A DNA stretch of 64,000 nt, taken from assembly GCA_001600815.1 (NCBI GenBank), contig BCKZ01000018.1, positions 401,974 to 465,973 on the forward strand, written 5' to 3'. Positions 1 through 11,603 of this stretch are shown in pieces. Positions within the stretch are counted from its first letter, which is position 1. Each line of letters opens with the position of its first letter. Made by a program: the position numbers and the translations under genes. Under the pieces are notes generated by a model. That model was not told the DNA's origin. It was given only the letters and a program-made list of their open reading frames with translations, and did not search any database. The stretch is from Alloascoidea hylecoeti (Eukaryota).

Positions 1-339
1 TTTTTTCTTCTTTATTATTCATATTTTATTTATGTTCCTTTACCTATGCCAGCTTAAAATATTTTTTTCAAATAAGGAAGTAAAAGAGTAGTATGGTTTT
101 AACGGAAATAAAAAAGTAATATGGGTTTGACGGAAATAAGCAGTAAATTCCATTGTTTCCATATTTTTTTTGTTACAATAATTTGCTAAGATACAGTAGT
201 TAGGGTCAATTGTAAAATATGTCTATAAGATCTTATGTATATAAATATGTTTAACTTTCCTATAAACAACCCCTTCTTATCAAAAAGATTAATTTAATTT
301 AATATTGAAAAGCTTAATTATCAATTCGTTATAAAAATA

Positions 340-1362
340 ATGGAGTGTACAAATCTTGGAAATTCTGGACTTAAGATCTCAAAGGTTGTTGTGGGGTGTA
401 TGTCTTTTGGGGACAAATCATGGAGTCCTTGGGTTATTGAGGATGAAGAAAAAGCCTTTTCAATTTTGAAGAAAGCATATGATCTTGGTATAAGAACTTT
501 CGATACCGCCGATACTTATAGTAACGGGCCAATTGGAAATTATTTTAGGAAAATTCTTGAATATAATATTAAAAGATCGACTGTTATTATTTTATCAAAA
601 GTTTTCCTTCTTTGTGATCCAGAAGAAAAATCCTATATGTTTGAATTGTTCGATTTAAAACACAATGGCCAATTGGATGCTAAGCACTTAAATCAATACG
701 GATTATCAAGAAAACATATCATGGATGCTGTTGATGAATCGGTTAAAAGATTAGGCACTTATATTGATGTTTTTCAAATTCATAGATTTGATCCTCCAAC
801 ACCAAAAGAAGAAACAATGAAGGCTCTTGATGATGTTGTTAAAAGTGGAAAGGTAAGATATATTGGAGCTTCTTCAATGTGAACATATCAATTTGCTCAA
901 TTACAAAATATAATGGATGGACCAAATTTATATCAATGCAAAATTTATACAACTTAGTAGATAGGGAAGGGGAAAAGGAAATGATTCCATTTTGTAAAGG
1001 AACTAGAGTTGGTTTAGTCCCTTGGTCCCCGTTATCAGGTGGTATCTTAGCGCATCCAGTATCAGAAAAATTATCTACTGAGAGAGGTGAGTGTGAACTA
1101 ACCTCAAAGTTCTACGGCGACGAATCAAAACCAAGAGATGCAATTTTCGATAGAGTAGAAGAGATATCCAAAAAGGAATGTACCGATGTCACAAATCGCT
1201 TTTGCCTGGGTTCTTCATAAAGGCGCTTCACCAATCGTTGGATTCAATAAGGAATCAAGAATTGATGTTGCAGTTGCTTCTTTGAAACTTAAGCTGACAG
1301 ATGAAGAGATCAAATATTTGGAAGAACCTTATGTTACACAGCCTCAGAAAGGATTTGCTTGA
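340..1362 (+). pseudogene. Aldo-keto reductase (aryl-alcohol dehydrogenase, YPL088W/AAD-like) pseudogene
   Basis: AKR motifs LGNSGLKIS, GCMSFG, FDTADTYSNG, LGTYIDVFQIHRFD, GKVRYIGASSM, FISMQNLYNL and IKYLEEPY are spread over several frames. There is an in-frame TGA at 880-882, frameshifts near 529-560, 910 and 1172, and the natural stop is at 1360-1362. Confidence 0.9.
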
Positions 1363-2920
1363 TTTTCATATATGATAGTATTAACTTATACCTATGTAAC
1401 TACAGTTAAATTTTAATGATAGTTAGTTATAACTAGGTAGATGGAACATCAATTTCGATCCCAATATCACTCTTTAAATATATACAATTTCTAGTTATAG
1501 TATTGATATTATGCTTCATCCGATCATGGAGCTTCCTCTATAGCTGCACAGTTAGATATTTCCTAAGCTACGTAGCATCTTGCGAACAAATCAGATACTA
1601 AAATTACACTAATCTCAATGTATACGTAATTAATTATGAGATCTCAAATATCTGAGAAAAATAGATTTCAAGTTTAATACTACCCACGGCCACTAATAGT
1701 ATTTAAGTAATCTAAACACATAAATAAAATAAAATTGTTAAATCAAGTACCCCAATTAGATTAACTGCAAAGAGTTTTTCCCCTCAATTTGAAGACTTCG
1801 AATCTAAAGTGAATCAAAGACTATATAAACAGTTTGAGGAAGTAAGAATATTTATTTCAATACAGGATCGGTTTCTGTTGGATATATGGCACAGTTTCAT
1901 GATCTATTAATGAAATTTGATAAGTTTAATAAAGCTGATAAAGGTCCAGTTCAAGGGATGGTCAATTAAATACATCTTAAACTGCTAATCAATCACAAAC
2001 AAAACCCTTCACTAATATTTCTCTGAAATAATGCTACGAATTGGTGGAAAACAGGACAAACACCAAATTGCAATTGGACACTTTTGCTGAAAAGAAGACC
2101 GATACATGTACAACGCTAAGTTGCTGAAATTTTTTATTGGATACTATATATCGTCATTTCACTTAATTTCGGCTATATGAAGCTCCAAATATTCGGCAAT
2201 GTGGAGCAATAATAAGCGTCCGCTAATCGAGGTGCTAAATAACCGCCAAAATTATACACTAATGTTAGGCCATGTTATTGTTGATGTACTGATTATCAGC
2301 CTCATGGTACACTGATTTCAGCGAACCCCTTAGTTTTTGGCCGCATGTGTAGTGCTACTGGCATCTTTTCTCCAATAACATTTGTTTTATGTATTGAGCT
2401 TGTACTTATATTAAAAAAGATGTAGATCTGTTTGTTGAATCTTAGGATTCAAGGTATTTGATTTGGGTTTAAATTTCCTAATATAGAATTCGAAGTAATT
2501 CTCTACTTTTTGTTAGCTATGGAAAATAATTAGTTATTTATTTACTCATAACAAAATCGGAGAGAAGAGGAAAAATTAAATATGTATATAATGTAACAAA
2601 CATTTTTTACTAAATTCGTAGTTGGGATTATTTCGTGAAAACTAATAGCGCTATATATACTTTGCATATACCTTATATATGTTTTAACTACGAGTATTCC
2701 AGGAACCTCTCAAAACTATATATAAATATATAAATATATAAATTATAATCGATTAGTTTTGTTTTTTTAGATTATTAATCATACATTAATAAAATAAAAT
2801 GTGAAGTTAGAAAATTATCGGCAAATGGTTGGCCGAATAGTATTGAATCAATTGACCGAATATTAGTACATAATATGGACGGATATTATTGCATCATATG
2901 GACGAGTGCAGTATAGCCTT

Positions 2921-4194
2921 TATAGTGTTCCATGTGACCTAAATTAAGTGAAATGACTCTGCAATATGACTTCTAAAATTCTGTTAAGCGAGATCTCAGG
3001 TAATCATAATTCTAAAAAGCACTTGCAAATAGCTAAGTGATTTGAAATTTGCAATATGAGTAAAAGTGGCTTCTCAATTTCTGAAAGAGGTAGAAGGGTT
3101 AATTCTGCACCTTCAACGGTGCGATTCACAGTGAATAAATATGGCAACTCTTCTAATAAGTTTCCGAGGGTTATAGAAGCTTCCCCTTAGAATACGTTTG
3201 AGGCGCTGGCTTCAAAGTTCAGTAAAGTATCAAAGACCTGCTGTAAGTTAAACATCCCTAATCAGAATATGGCTACATGAATATGGAACATTCTCTGTAT
3301 ATGGTATCTCTTATCTGAATGAGAAAAACAAACGGAACAGAATGATGATTTATTGACAAATTTTCGGTCGTTACACGTTACAGGTTCCGGAACTGGAAAA
3401 AATAGATGCTCTACAACAGTCACTCCAGGCCTGTGAATAAAAAAAATATCTTATAATACGAGGAAGTCTGGGTTTATGAGTGTTATGTTATGGACTAAAA
3501 TTTGAAAAAGGTTGGTACCGTTAGTGCTTCACTGTAGAGGAATATGGTGTTCATCGAAATTGACACACATAAAATTTTTCACCTACAGCCATTTTTTCAA
3601 CCCTAATGAAGTTATCCACCAACAACACAAAATATAATTTTAAAGACGTAAGTCGATAGATAAATAGCCAAATAAAACTACTATTATCTTATTTTTTTTC
3701 TTTCTTTGTTTGCGTTGTGAAGTTCATTAGCTTTTAAATAATAGCCTTTTTCGCCGATCCGTCCCATTTTATCACACATAGTAAAATATATATGCATATG
3801 CATAGCACGAAAAAGGAACGGCTGCACCTTCCTACATACAACTTTTAAAAGAGGCCTTCGATGAGCTTCTTGAGGGTCCCATATTCAAGCTGTTTGGGTC
3901 GCTGCCCTTTTCACTGGACCTGAATCCAATTGAGCGCATGTGGAAAAATTCATCACAATGCAGGAATTACGATTAAGGGCCTTCCACATGTACACGGTGT
4001 AGAAAGAAAGAAAGATATATTTCTGGAGTCTCTTTTAAAAAATTTAGACTGATATGGATCAGTATATCATTGATATAATATGATTGACTACATGCCTCGT
4101 AGGTGGTAGCCGTCTATGGCGTTATGGGCGCCAACACTAAATATTGAACTTAAAATGTCATCCTTTATAACCTCTGGAATTTACGGAACAATAT
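2921..4194 (+). mobile_element. Degenerate Tc1/mariner (IS630-Tc1 type) DNA transposon, about 1.27 kb
   Basis: LPFSLDLNPIERMW at about 3902-3943 resembles the Tc1 motif SPDLNPIENLW. MPRR...ANTKY* ending at 4147 resembles SMPRR...GGHTKY*. A SVMLW-like stretch lies near 3480. The left end TATAGTGTTCCAT (2921) matches the inverted right end ACGGAACAATAT (4183-4194) at 10/12. Confidence 0.8.
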
Positions 4195-5913
4195 GCACCG
4201 TTTTAATAACAGCTTAAGGATTTTTAAAGTACTCATAACTGAGTAAAAAACTGGTTATGTTATTATTCTATAATGGTAGTCATAAAGCGTTTAAACGCTT
4301 TCACTCACATGGTCCATATACATGTAATTATTATAGATCTATACCAGATTTCCTACTTTCATGTTAATATTAACTAGGTTCAACATATAAGATATATGGT
4401 GGATCTCTCGATAAATTTACAATTAGTAAACAGACTTTAATCCAAAAAACCAATTCACCAAGATATAATCCATTCCTGTTTTGAATGTTAGTCATCTCTA
4501 ATTAAATTATTAACGTGCTTGAAAATATTGATATGATAGTCGATAGATTTAACAGCAAAATATCTCTTCCCCTGTCTCTGTGTCTACCCGTTTTTATTAA
4601 GAAGAATTGAAAGTGACTATTATTTTGGTAATTTCTAGTATGATGAAGAATGGAGTGTTTCTGTCGATTCTTAAATTCGGCCATCCACTCCACTAATATA
4701 TATATTACATTTTCTATAATATGGTAATGTTATACGTAGTAGGTTATATTTATACGGTTCGAGCTCACTGTAAACCTTATAGAAGTGTTTAATTAGTAAA
4801 GAAGGTGAATGATAATTATTCATCATCAAAAGGTGGCCGATATTAAGTAGAAACACTATGCATAACTATAAAATTTTAGAAAGTATTTATAGGGAACGAG
4901 CAGCAGGAATGGAACTAGACAACTTTTGATTTTTAGTTCCAGATTGTGCACCGATGCTGGCTCAGCATTATCGATTGTTTGACTTTAATGGCTTAGCCTT
5001 ACTAAATTTACGGAGACAAAGAAAATCTGAAAAATGCATAGGTATATGGTAGATAGCTATTATCTATTGCCTGGAATCTGTTGCAGTTAAAATATGGATA
5101 AAATTTCATACCTTAGAGTACTGATACTTTAGATATTTCGCTAATGATATCCCACTAAAGTGCGAATTGTTGGTAGACACAAGTAACGACCTGTATTTTT
5201 GCATGCTACTAGTATCTCGGGGATCAACCCCCACACAAAAAAAAAAAGATTTCCGTGAGACCATGTGCTAAATATTAGTACTTAAAATTTGAGTAAATTC
5301 CCTGACCGACTTTAAATATTCGGGAGCTAGAATTAATACCCCCTTATAATATCATATGGTTACCGCTACTACATGAGGAAATTTGCCGATTATCCTTCAC
5401 AACTCTCCCGAATGTTATGTCTAGGATACCGAATAGGTACGCGAAACTTGACGTAATTAAGTAGAAACACCACAACTATATTTTTGTTCTGCTATGCTAT
5501 ATACTATTAAATTTCAACATAAAATTTCGATTTGACTTTTGTAGCTATAGCTTATGTTATTGAAGCCCATGCAATTGCATTTGTCTTTGTAGCCTACTTT
5601 ACCAGGTACACATAAAAGAGGGAATAGTTTATAATTACCAATGAACATCAATAATCACTGTACTATTATTTGTGAGTCATATCATACACTGTAATTCCAA
5701 TGGAGATCGAGCGGAATATGCTTCAAACTTAAAAACTAGAATAAGTTTAAAAACACCAATTGCAACAACAATAAAAGCAGGTGGGGTATAAACTGTTTTA
5801 GGCAGAATATATAGCTGTATGTAGGTTTACTTTTCATATTTATAACCATAAAAATTTTATTATGGCGGACGTCCGTCCTTCGGACAGCGTTTAATAGCAA
5901 ATCCCATTTCGGC

Positions 5914-5933
5914 ATATCAGATTAATCTGATAA
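5914..5933. promoter_or_regulatory. Palindromic double iron-GATA repressor site (SreA/Sfu1/Fep1 type, ATCWGATAW)
   Basis: Perfect 18-bp palindrome TATCAGATTAATCTGATA (5915-5932) gives ATCTGATAA on + and ATCTGATAT on -, about 135 bp upstream of the mitochondrial iron carrier ATG. Confidence 0.7.
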
Positions 5934-6067
5934 TTTTTTCCCAATTAAGGTTTTCTGAACAAGGCCCCTAGCACTTCAAATTTAAAGTTAAATACTCCAT
6001 GAATTCTCGTTTTCTTTCTTTATTTTCTCTGCTTTTGGTAATTCATCATTAATAATTTAATATTAAC

Positions 6068-7099
6068 ATGCCTCCTATAAAGAATGAATATGTTCCACCA
6101 GGAATGATGCTTTCTCCCACCGTTGTAACCATCAATCCCCATGGCCATACTGATCATGAATTGCACACGTCTGTTCCTAAACCGGCAATTGATTATGAAG
6201 CTTTACCTGAAAACTCCACATTGGCTGCAAATCTGATGGCAGGTGCCTTCGCAGGGATTATGGAGCATTCTGTGATGTTTCCCGTTGATCTTATAAAAAC
6301 AAGAATGCAATCTGGTGAGACAAATCTTCTTCGAACATCTATAGTAAGATCGGCCACTCAAATTGCTTCAACTGAAGGTATAAGATCTTTATTTAAAGGT
6401 CTTTCATCTGTTATTTTAGGGGCAGGTCCTGCACATGCTGTGTATTTTGCACTGTACGAGTTTACCAAAGAGAATTTGAATTCCGCGCTTGATATTCGAG
6501 AGGATGGAAGTCATCATCCAGTAATAACTTCTATCTCAGGTGCTGTTGCCACAATGGGAAATGAAGCGCTAATGACTCCGTTTGATGTCATGAAACAAAG
6601 AATGCAACTTCCTGGAAATTCATATCGCTCTTTAAGCTCTTGCTTTAAGACCACTTTCCAAAATGAAGGGATATCTGCTTTTTATGTCAGCTATCCTACA
6701 ACCTTAGCAATGAGTATTCCATTTTGTGCTTTGAATTTTACTGTTTACGAATCGTCTCTTAGAGTTCTAAATCCCAGTGGTGAACACAATCCAATGATTC
6801 ATTGCGTGTCAGGAGGACTTGCAGGTGCCGTTGCTGCTTTCGTCACTACACCTCTAGACTGTATTAAAACCTTACTACAAACCAAAGGGATTGCAAAAGA
6901 TACTGCTCTACGAAGGATAAATTCATTCAACACTGCAATTGCAAATATATATAGACGAAATGGAATTATGGGATTTACTAGGGGCTGGAAACCTAGAGTG
7001 GTTGCTAATATTCCTGCAACTGCAATTTGCTGGACATCTTATGAGATGGCTAAGTTTTATTTATTCAAGAAAAGTGGAATTAATAAAGAGGATTTCTAA
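6068..7099 (+). CDS. MRS3: Mitochondrial iron carrier (mitoferrin, Mrs3/Mrs4)
   Basis: DYEALP...AGAFAGIMEHSVMFPVDLIKTRMQ, GAGPAHAVYF, three PxD/ExxK carrier motifs and PATAICWTSYE. MRS3 and MRS4 cannot be told apart. Confidence 0.93.
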   Translation: MPPIKNEYVPPGMMLSPTVVTINPHGHTDHELHTSVPKPAIDYEALPENSTLAANLMAGAFAGIMEHSVMFPVDLIKTRMQSGETNLLRTSIVRSATQIASTEGIRSLFKGLSSVILGAGPAHAVYFALYEFTKENLNSALDIREDGSHHPVITSISGAVATMGNEALMTPFDVMKQRMQLPGNSYRSLSSCFKTTFQNEGISAFYVSYPTTLAMSIPFCALNFTVYESSLRVLNPSGEHNPMIHCVSGGLAGAVAAFVTTPLDCIKTLLQTKGIAKDTALRRINSFNTAIANIYRRNGIMGFTRGWKPRVVANIPATAICWTSYEMAKFYLFKKSGINKEDF

Positions 7100-7256
7100 A
7101 ATATATTTCCAAAATGCAGATAACTAGATGCTGTATATACATATCTTAAAGCTTTGCCTGTTAACATTGTCTTTTTTGTTTTTCCTTTTCATATGGTGGT
7201 GGGCCTACACATTTTTGCAAACTGATGATACGTGTTCATGATTTGATACCTTTATG

Positions 7257-7290
7257 CCTTGTCTTGTCTTGTCTTGTCTTGTCTTGTCTT
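7257..7290 (+). repeat. (GTCTT)n microsatellite
   Basis: Six perfect GTCTT units at 7261-7290, between convergent genes. Confidence 0.9.
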
Positions 7291-7477
7291 CCGTTTCATT
7301 GTTTTTTTCGCCTTGTATTTTATTAGATATTATGCACATTGTATATACCAGCTACCAAATATATATATCTAAGCTTCTGGTCGGTTTTAATTGATACATT
7401 TATTCCATGTATTTATAAAAATTTATATATACATAATGTTATATTTTTTATTGATAATCATGATTATTATTTCATCA

Positions 7478-8890
7478 CTAAATCATTAATTGTTCTGTTA
7501 CATTATGGTACCAACGGCAACGGTCTGCAACTTCACAGTGTGAACATTTCGTTTTTATTTCGACAGTGAGAGGTTCAATTCCTCTTGGTGGTCTCTCTCC
7601 ATTCCAAAATTTAAGAGAATCATTGATAATATTATTGGTTGTTGTATTATCTACATTATATTTCATTACAGCAAATGGTAATGGTATAATATCAGAATTT
7701 GAAGTTGAACTTTTTTTCTTTAATTGTTTCATAGGAGCCATAAGGACTTCTCTTGAAAGGGTTGCAAATACAGGCATTCGTTGATATGAAGTAATTGCAG
7801 AATAATAATCAACGGCTAATTCATTAGACATTTTAATTTTCAATCGTTTAGCAAATTCTAATGATGTCACCAACTTAGTTATAACTTCATTAAGTGTTTT
7901 CGGAAACTCGGTGTTATCTTCCTCATCTGGTGGTGTTAACTCCTTATCAAGATTTATTTTAGCCCTAGTCAGGTATTCTAGAATAATATCTTTATAGTTT
8001 GAAGTGATCATAGTATTGAATAGTCTATGATATATAAGTAATTGATGATAAGCTCCATCTCTTTGAGAAATAACAGGTAAATTTCTCATTGATCTAGTTT
8101 TTGAATCAGATAAATATATTAATCCATCTTTTAAATAAATATGATCAATAATTCCAGAGATCATGAATCCATTTAACATTCCAAAAACATATATTTCTCT
8201 TGCTTCACCTATTTCTTCTAATGAATGTAATCTTGCAACCAAATCCATTAATTTAGCTGCCATTAAATCTTCAGTTGATTTAGCATGCGATTTCTTATAT
8301 CCAACAAATCCATGAACTGATTTCTCAAGCTTTGCATGTATTTTTTTCCCTCGTGTCATGGCAGGTGTTTCTTGTTTAGTATAAACCCCATATATTTGAT
8401 AATATTTCTGTAGTTCACACCAACTCTGTGTAATAAGAGATGTTACAGAAATCCTACTTTTTCGTGATTTTTGTCGTGGTGTAATTGATCCAGGGCTTAT
8501 TTCTAAAGGGAGAAATCCATCTTTATCCAAAGGTAAATATTTATTTCCTAATTTCTTGGTTTCAATTGGTACCACTTTCTCTTTAATACTTTTATTTTCC
8601 TGTATGTTATGCTTTTCCTGTGAAATATCTTGATCTAAAACACTATATATAGTTGATCGAGCCTTTTTATGTTTATTTTTATTTTTATAAACAGGTAGAT
8701 TAATGTTTATCGTCCGTTGCTCAAGTTGTACTTGTTCTGTTTTTACTACAGGAAATATTTCAGAAGATTTTAATTTATTTAAAATTGAATCTGCTACTTC
8801 ATGACCTTTAGATGGAGAGTTGGTATAAATTAATCTTATACCTTTCACATATGAAGTATACCTTCTTGGGATAAATATTGTTGAAGACAT
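7478..8890 (-). CDS. EXO5: Exonuclease V (Exo5/Dem1), Fe-S nuclease
   Basis: ISVTSLITQSWCELQ, TPAMTRGKKIHAKLE, AREIYVFG...ISGIIDHI, LSDSKTR, FWNGERPPRG and KCSHCEVADRC (split four-Cys Fe-S ligands). The N-terminus looks like a mitochondrial presequence. Confidence 0.88.
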   Translation of the reverse strand: MSSTIFIPRRYTSYVKGIRLIYTNSPSKGHEVADSILNKLKSSEIFPVVKTEQVQLEQRTININLPVYKNKNKHKKARSTIYSVLDQDISQEKHNIQENKSIKEKVVPIETKKLGNKYLPLDKDGFLPLEISPGSITPRQKSRKSRISVTSLITQSWCELQKYYQIYGVYTKQETPAMTRGKKIHAKLEKSVHGFVGYKKSHAKSTEDLMAAKLMDLVARLHSLEEIGEAREIYVFGMLNGFMISGIIDHIYLKDGLIYLSDSKTRSMRNLPVISQRDGAYHQLLIYHRLFNTMITSNYKDIILEYLTRAKINLDKELTPPDEEDNTEFPKTLNEVITKLVTSLEFAKRLKIKMSNELAVDYYSAITSYQRMPVFATLSREVLMAPMKQLKKKSSTSNSDIIPLPFAVMKYNVDNTTTNNIINDSLKFWNGERPPRGIEPLTVEIKTKCSHCEVADRCRWYHNVTEQLMI

Positions 8891-8993
8891 AATGTTATAT
8901 CTATTTCCAGTGTAAAAAAAACTTCTATATATTAGCTAGCATATAGACTTATATTCAAGCTTCTAATCTAATGAGTATATCAGAAGATAACAA

Positions 8994-8999
8994 ACGCGT
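8994..8999. promoter_or_regulatory. MCB element (ACGCGT) upstream of EXO5
   Basis: Exact ACGCGT about 105 bp upstream of the EXO5 start, with ACGCGCGA near 9088. Confidence 0.4.
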
Positions 9000-9232
9000 T
9001 GGAATTCCACAGATAAAAAAATTTTAAGATCGATATAATGGGGTGTATGGGTGTTTGTTTGGAATAATTATCAAAAAGTAGAATTCTACGCGCGAATGAG
9101 TGAGAGTATACGTACAAATATGTTTGTATGTTTACGTGAACATCAATGGGTTTATCAAGTAAAAGAAATCATTAAAACAAATATAAACTAGCTAAATTAG
9201 TATCTGCAATCCTCATAATAAACATATAAATG

Positions 9233-11251
9233 TTATTTTTTCCCCCATGGCCAAATATTTTTTGGTAAAGTTACATGAACATTAATCTTTTTATTTTGTT
9301 TAATTTTTTTTTGATCATGATCATGACTTAAAGTTATACTATCATCATTAGTAATAACTTTATTAATAATTGGTTCTTCAAATTCATTTAAATTTAAATT
9401 ATTTTGTTGTAATTTTAATTGTTTTTTATGTTTTTTAATTTCTTTTGAAACCCATTTTTCAGCTTTTTTACGTTCTTTTTCATTTTTTTTACGTTCTTTT
9501 TCTAAAAATTTATTTAATTTCTTTTCATTTTTTAAATCATTTTCTAAATCATTTTCTAAATCATTTTCTTTTTCAATATTTTCATTATAATTATTTTTAT
9601 TTTTAATTTCATTTTGTTGATTTGTTTCATCAATTTGATCAGGTAATTTTAAACCCATTTTATGATGATTTGTTGAAAATGTTAAACTACGTTTAACTTT
9701 AATTCCTTTTGGTTTAACAAGTTTTAAAGAAAAATGAGAATTACTTCTTTTAACTTGTTTTATTTTTGGTTTTGTATTATCATTTCCATTTCCATTTCCA
9801 TTTAAATTTAAATTTGTTAATAATTCAGTTTCAGATTTCCAATTATCTTGTTGTTCTTTTGTTGGTGAAAGCATACTTTGAAGTTCAGATTCTGGTCCAA
9901 CACTAATAGAAAGAGGTGAAAATGGAGTAAAATGAATACCATTTTCATCTGTTATACCATCACTAGTAGTTAAATCATTTTCATTTGATAATGATATTAA
10001 TTTTAAATCACCAGAATAAAAAGTATCATTTTCTTCTTCAATATTTGATATTCTTTTCCATACAATATCATTATGAGTTGCATATAATGGATCAGTAATT
10101 AAACAATAAAGAATTGAATCATTTTTAAAATATGTTAAAAATTCATTTTTTTTATATAAAATTCCAAATTTTTGTTCTTTATTAATTATTTTTTTAATAC
10201 CTTCTTCAGTTATTTGATTTGAAGTTCTATCTAAAAAATTCTTAACCAATCTACCTTTATTTAATAATTCATCATATTTATTACCATTATAAATATTTTG
10301 AGAAATTGTTTTTTCAACAAATGATAATAATTTTTCACAAGCTTCAAAAGATTTAATTTTAAATTTTTCAAAAGATTTATATTCAAAATCATTATTTGAT
10401 AAAACCCATAAATGTAATAAATTTAAATTAAATTTTTTAAAAATTTTTAAAATTTCATTTGATTCTTTATCAAAAGTTCCATTAAATATTGGATTTAAAG
10501 TTTGATTTTTAAAACATAATGAATGTAATAATTGTTTATCATTATCATTTGTTAAATGAATCATTTTATTTAAAGCATCTAAAATTGAATTTAATGATAC
10601 TTCTGAAACATTCTTCATGATGCTAATTAAAGGTTCATAAGATGTTATAATGTTTGAACCTAGACCTGTATCTGTCACACATGCATATTCTTTTTGTTTT
10701 TCAGAGGAGGTATAAGATAGAATCAATGTATTAACAAGGGCGACTAAAGCGCAGGGACCAAGTTGATTGTTTAAGATAATGAAACTTTTAAATTTGGAGT
10801 TATTGTTATCCGTCCAATTAATTTCTTTTACTCGGAATTTCATTTGAGATTGTTGTTGATGTTGATGTAATTCTGCACTAAAAGGATTATTTGATGTATT
10901 ATTAACATTAATATATTTAGAAGTAGAATTGAGATTATTGTTATTAAGATTGATGAATGGTTTTTGGAAATTAACATCTCTTCGGTCGAAAATTGTACCA
11001 TCTTGATTAATTTTTTTGTTTTTGTTGGTGTTAGTTTGACTAAATGATTCATCATTGTTTAAATCCAAAGAAAATCGAAAAGACGAACTTTCACTTTCAC
11101 TAAAAGTACCACCTTGTATAACATTATTATCCGAGTCTAAGAAAGGATTGGCCAGGTTCTCGACGCTCCTCGAGCTGTTTGAAAATGCAAGGCTTGGGTT
11201 GTCCAGTGAGGGCTGAGGGGTGGAAAGAAAAGTCAGCTGGGTGTGTGCCAT
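9233..11251 (-). CDS. MINDY-family deubiquitinase-like protein (Miy1/Miy2 orthologue), probably inactive
   Basis: IILNNQLGPCALVALVNTLIL (Cys motif), LNPIFNGTF, FNLNLLHLW, FLDRTSNQITEEG, LYCLITD and DIVWKRI...DTFYSGD. It lies next to SCY1, as YGL082W does in S. cerevisiae. Confidence 0.82.
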   Translation of the reverse strand: MAHTQLTFLSTPQPSLDNPSLAFSNSSRSVENLANPFLDSDNNVIQGGTFSESESSSFRFSLDLNNDESFSQTNTNKNKKINQDGTIFDRRDVNFQKPFINLNNNNLNSTSKYINVNNTSNNPFSAELHQHQQQSQMKFRVKEINWTDNNNSKFKSFIILNNQLGPCALVALVNTLILSYTSSEKQKEYACVTDTGLGSNIITSYEPLISIMKNVSEVSLNSILDALNKMIHLTNDNDKQLLHSLCFKNQTLNPIFNGTFDKESNEILKIFKKFNLNLLHLWVLSNNDFEYKSFEKFKIKSFEACEKLLSFVEKTISQNIYNGNKYDELLNKGRLVKNFLDRTSNQITEEGIKKIINKEQKFGILYKKNEFLTYFKNDSILYCLITDPLYATHNDIVWKRISNIEEENDTFYSGDLKLISLSNENDLTTSDGITDENGIHFTPFSPLSISVGPESELQSMLSPTKEQQDNWKSETELLTNLNLNGNGNGNDNTKPKIKQVKRSNSHFSLKLVKPKGIKVKRSLTFSTNHHKMGLKLPDQIDETNQQNEIKNKNNYNENIEKENDLENDLENDLKNEKKLNKFLEKERKKNEKERKKAEKWVSKEIKKHKKQLKLQQNNLNLNEFEEPIINKVITNDDSITLSHDHDQKKIKQNKKINVHVTLPKNIWPWGKK

Positions 11252-11603
11252 AGTGAACGATGAGGCGTACTGCTATATTGATTACACTTTTGTAAACTTA
11301 GAGTTTAGTTTAAAGATAAAAGACTTTGTTGTAAAAAACAAAAAAGAAAAAGAAGAAGAAAACTGGAGGGTAAAACAAATAAATCAAAATCAAAAATCAG
11401 AATCAAAAATCAAAATAAAATGAAACTCGAGAATAATATTCGTAGGATAATTAATTTTTACTTGACATATATCTTTTATCTCATAATTTAAAATTAATTA
11501 ATCAATCAACTTAAATATTATAATTTTGTTTCATGACAGAACAGATGTGCGGATGTATCCACTTTCCAACACGACAACTGTTTGACAGACATTATTATTC
11601 CAC

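Noticed and set aside
877..885. TGA readthrough or recoding in the AKR gene
   Set aside because: Several independent frameshifts nearby indicate a pseudogene.
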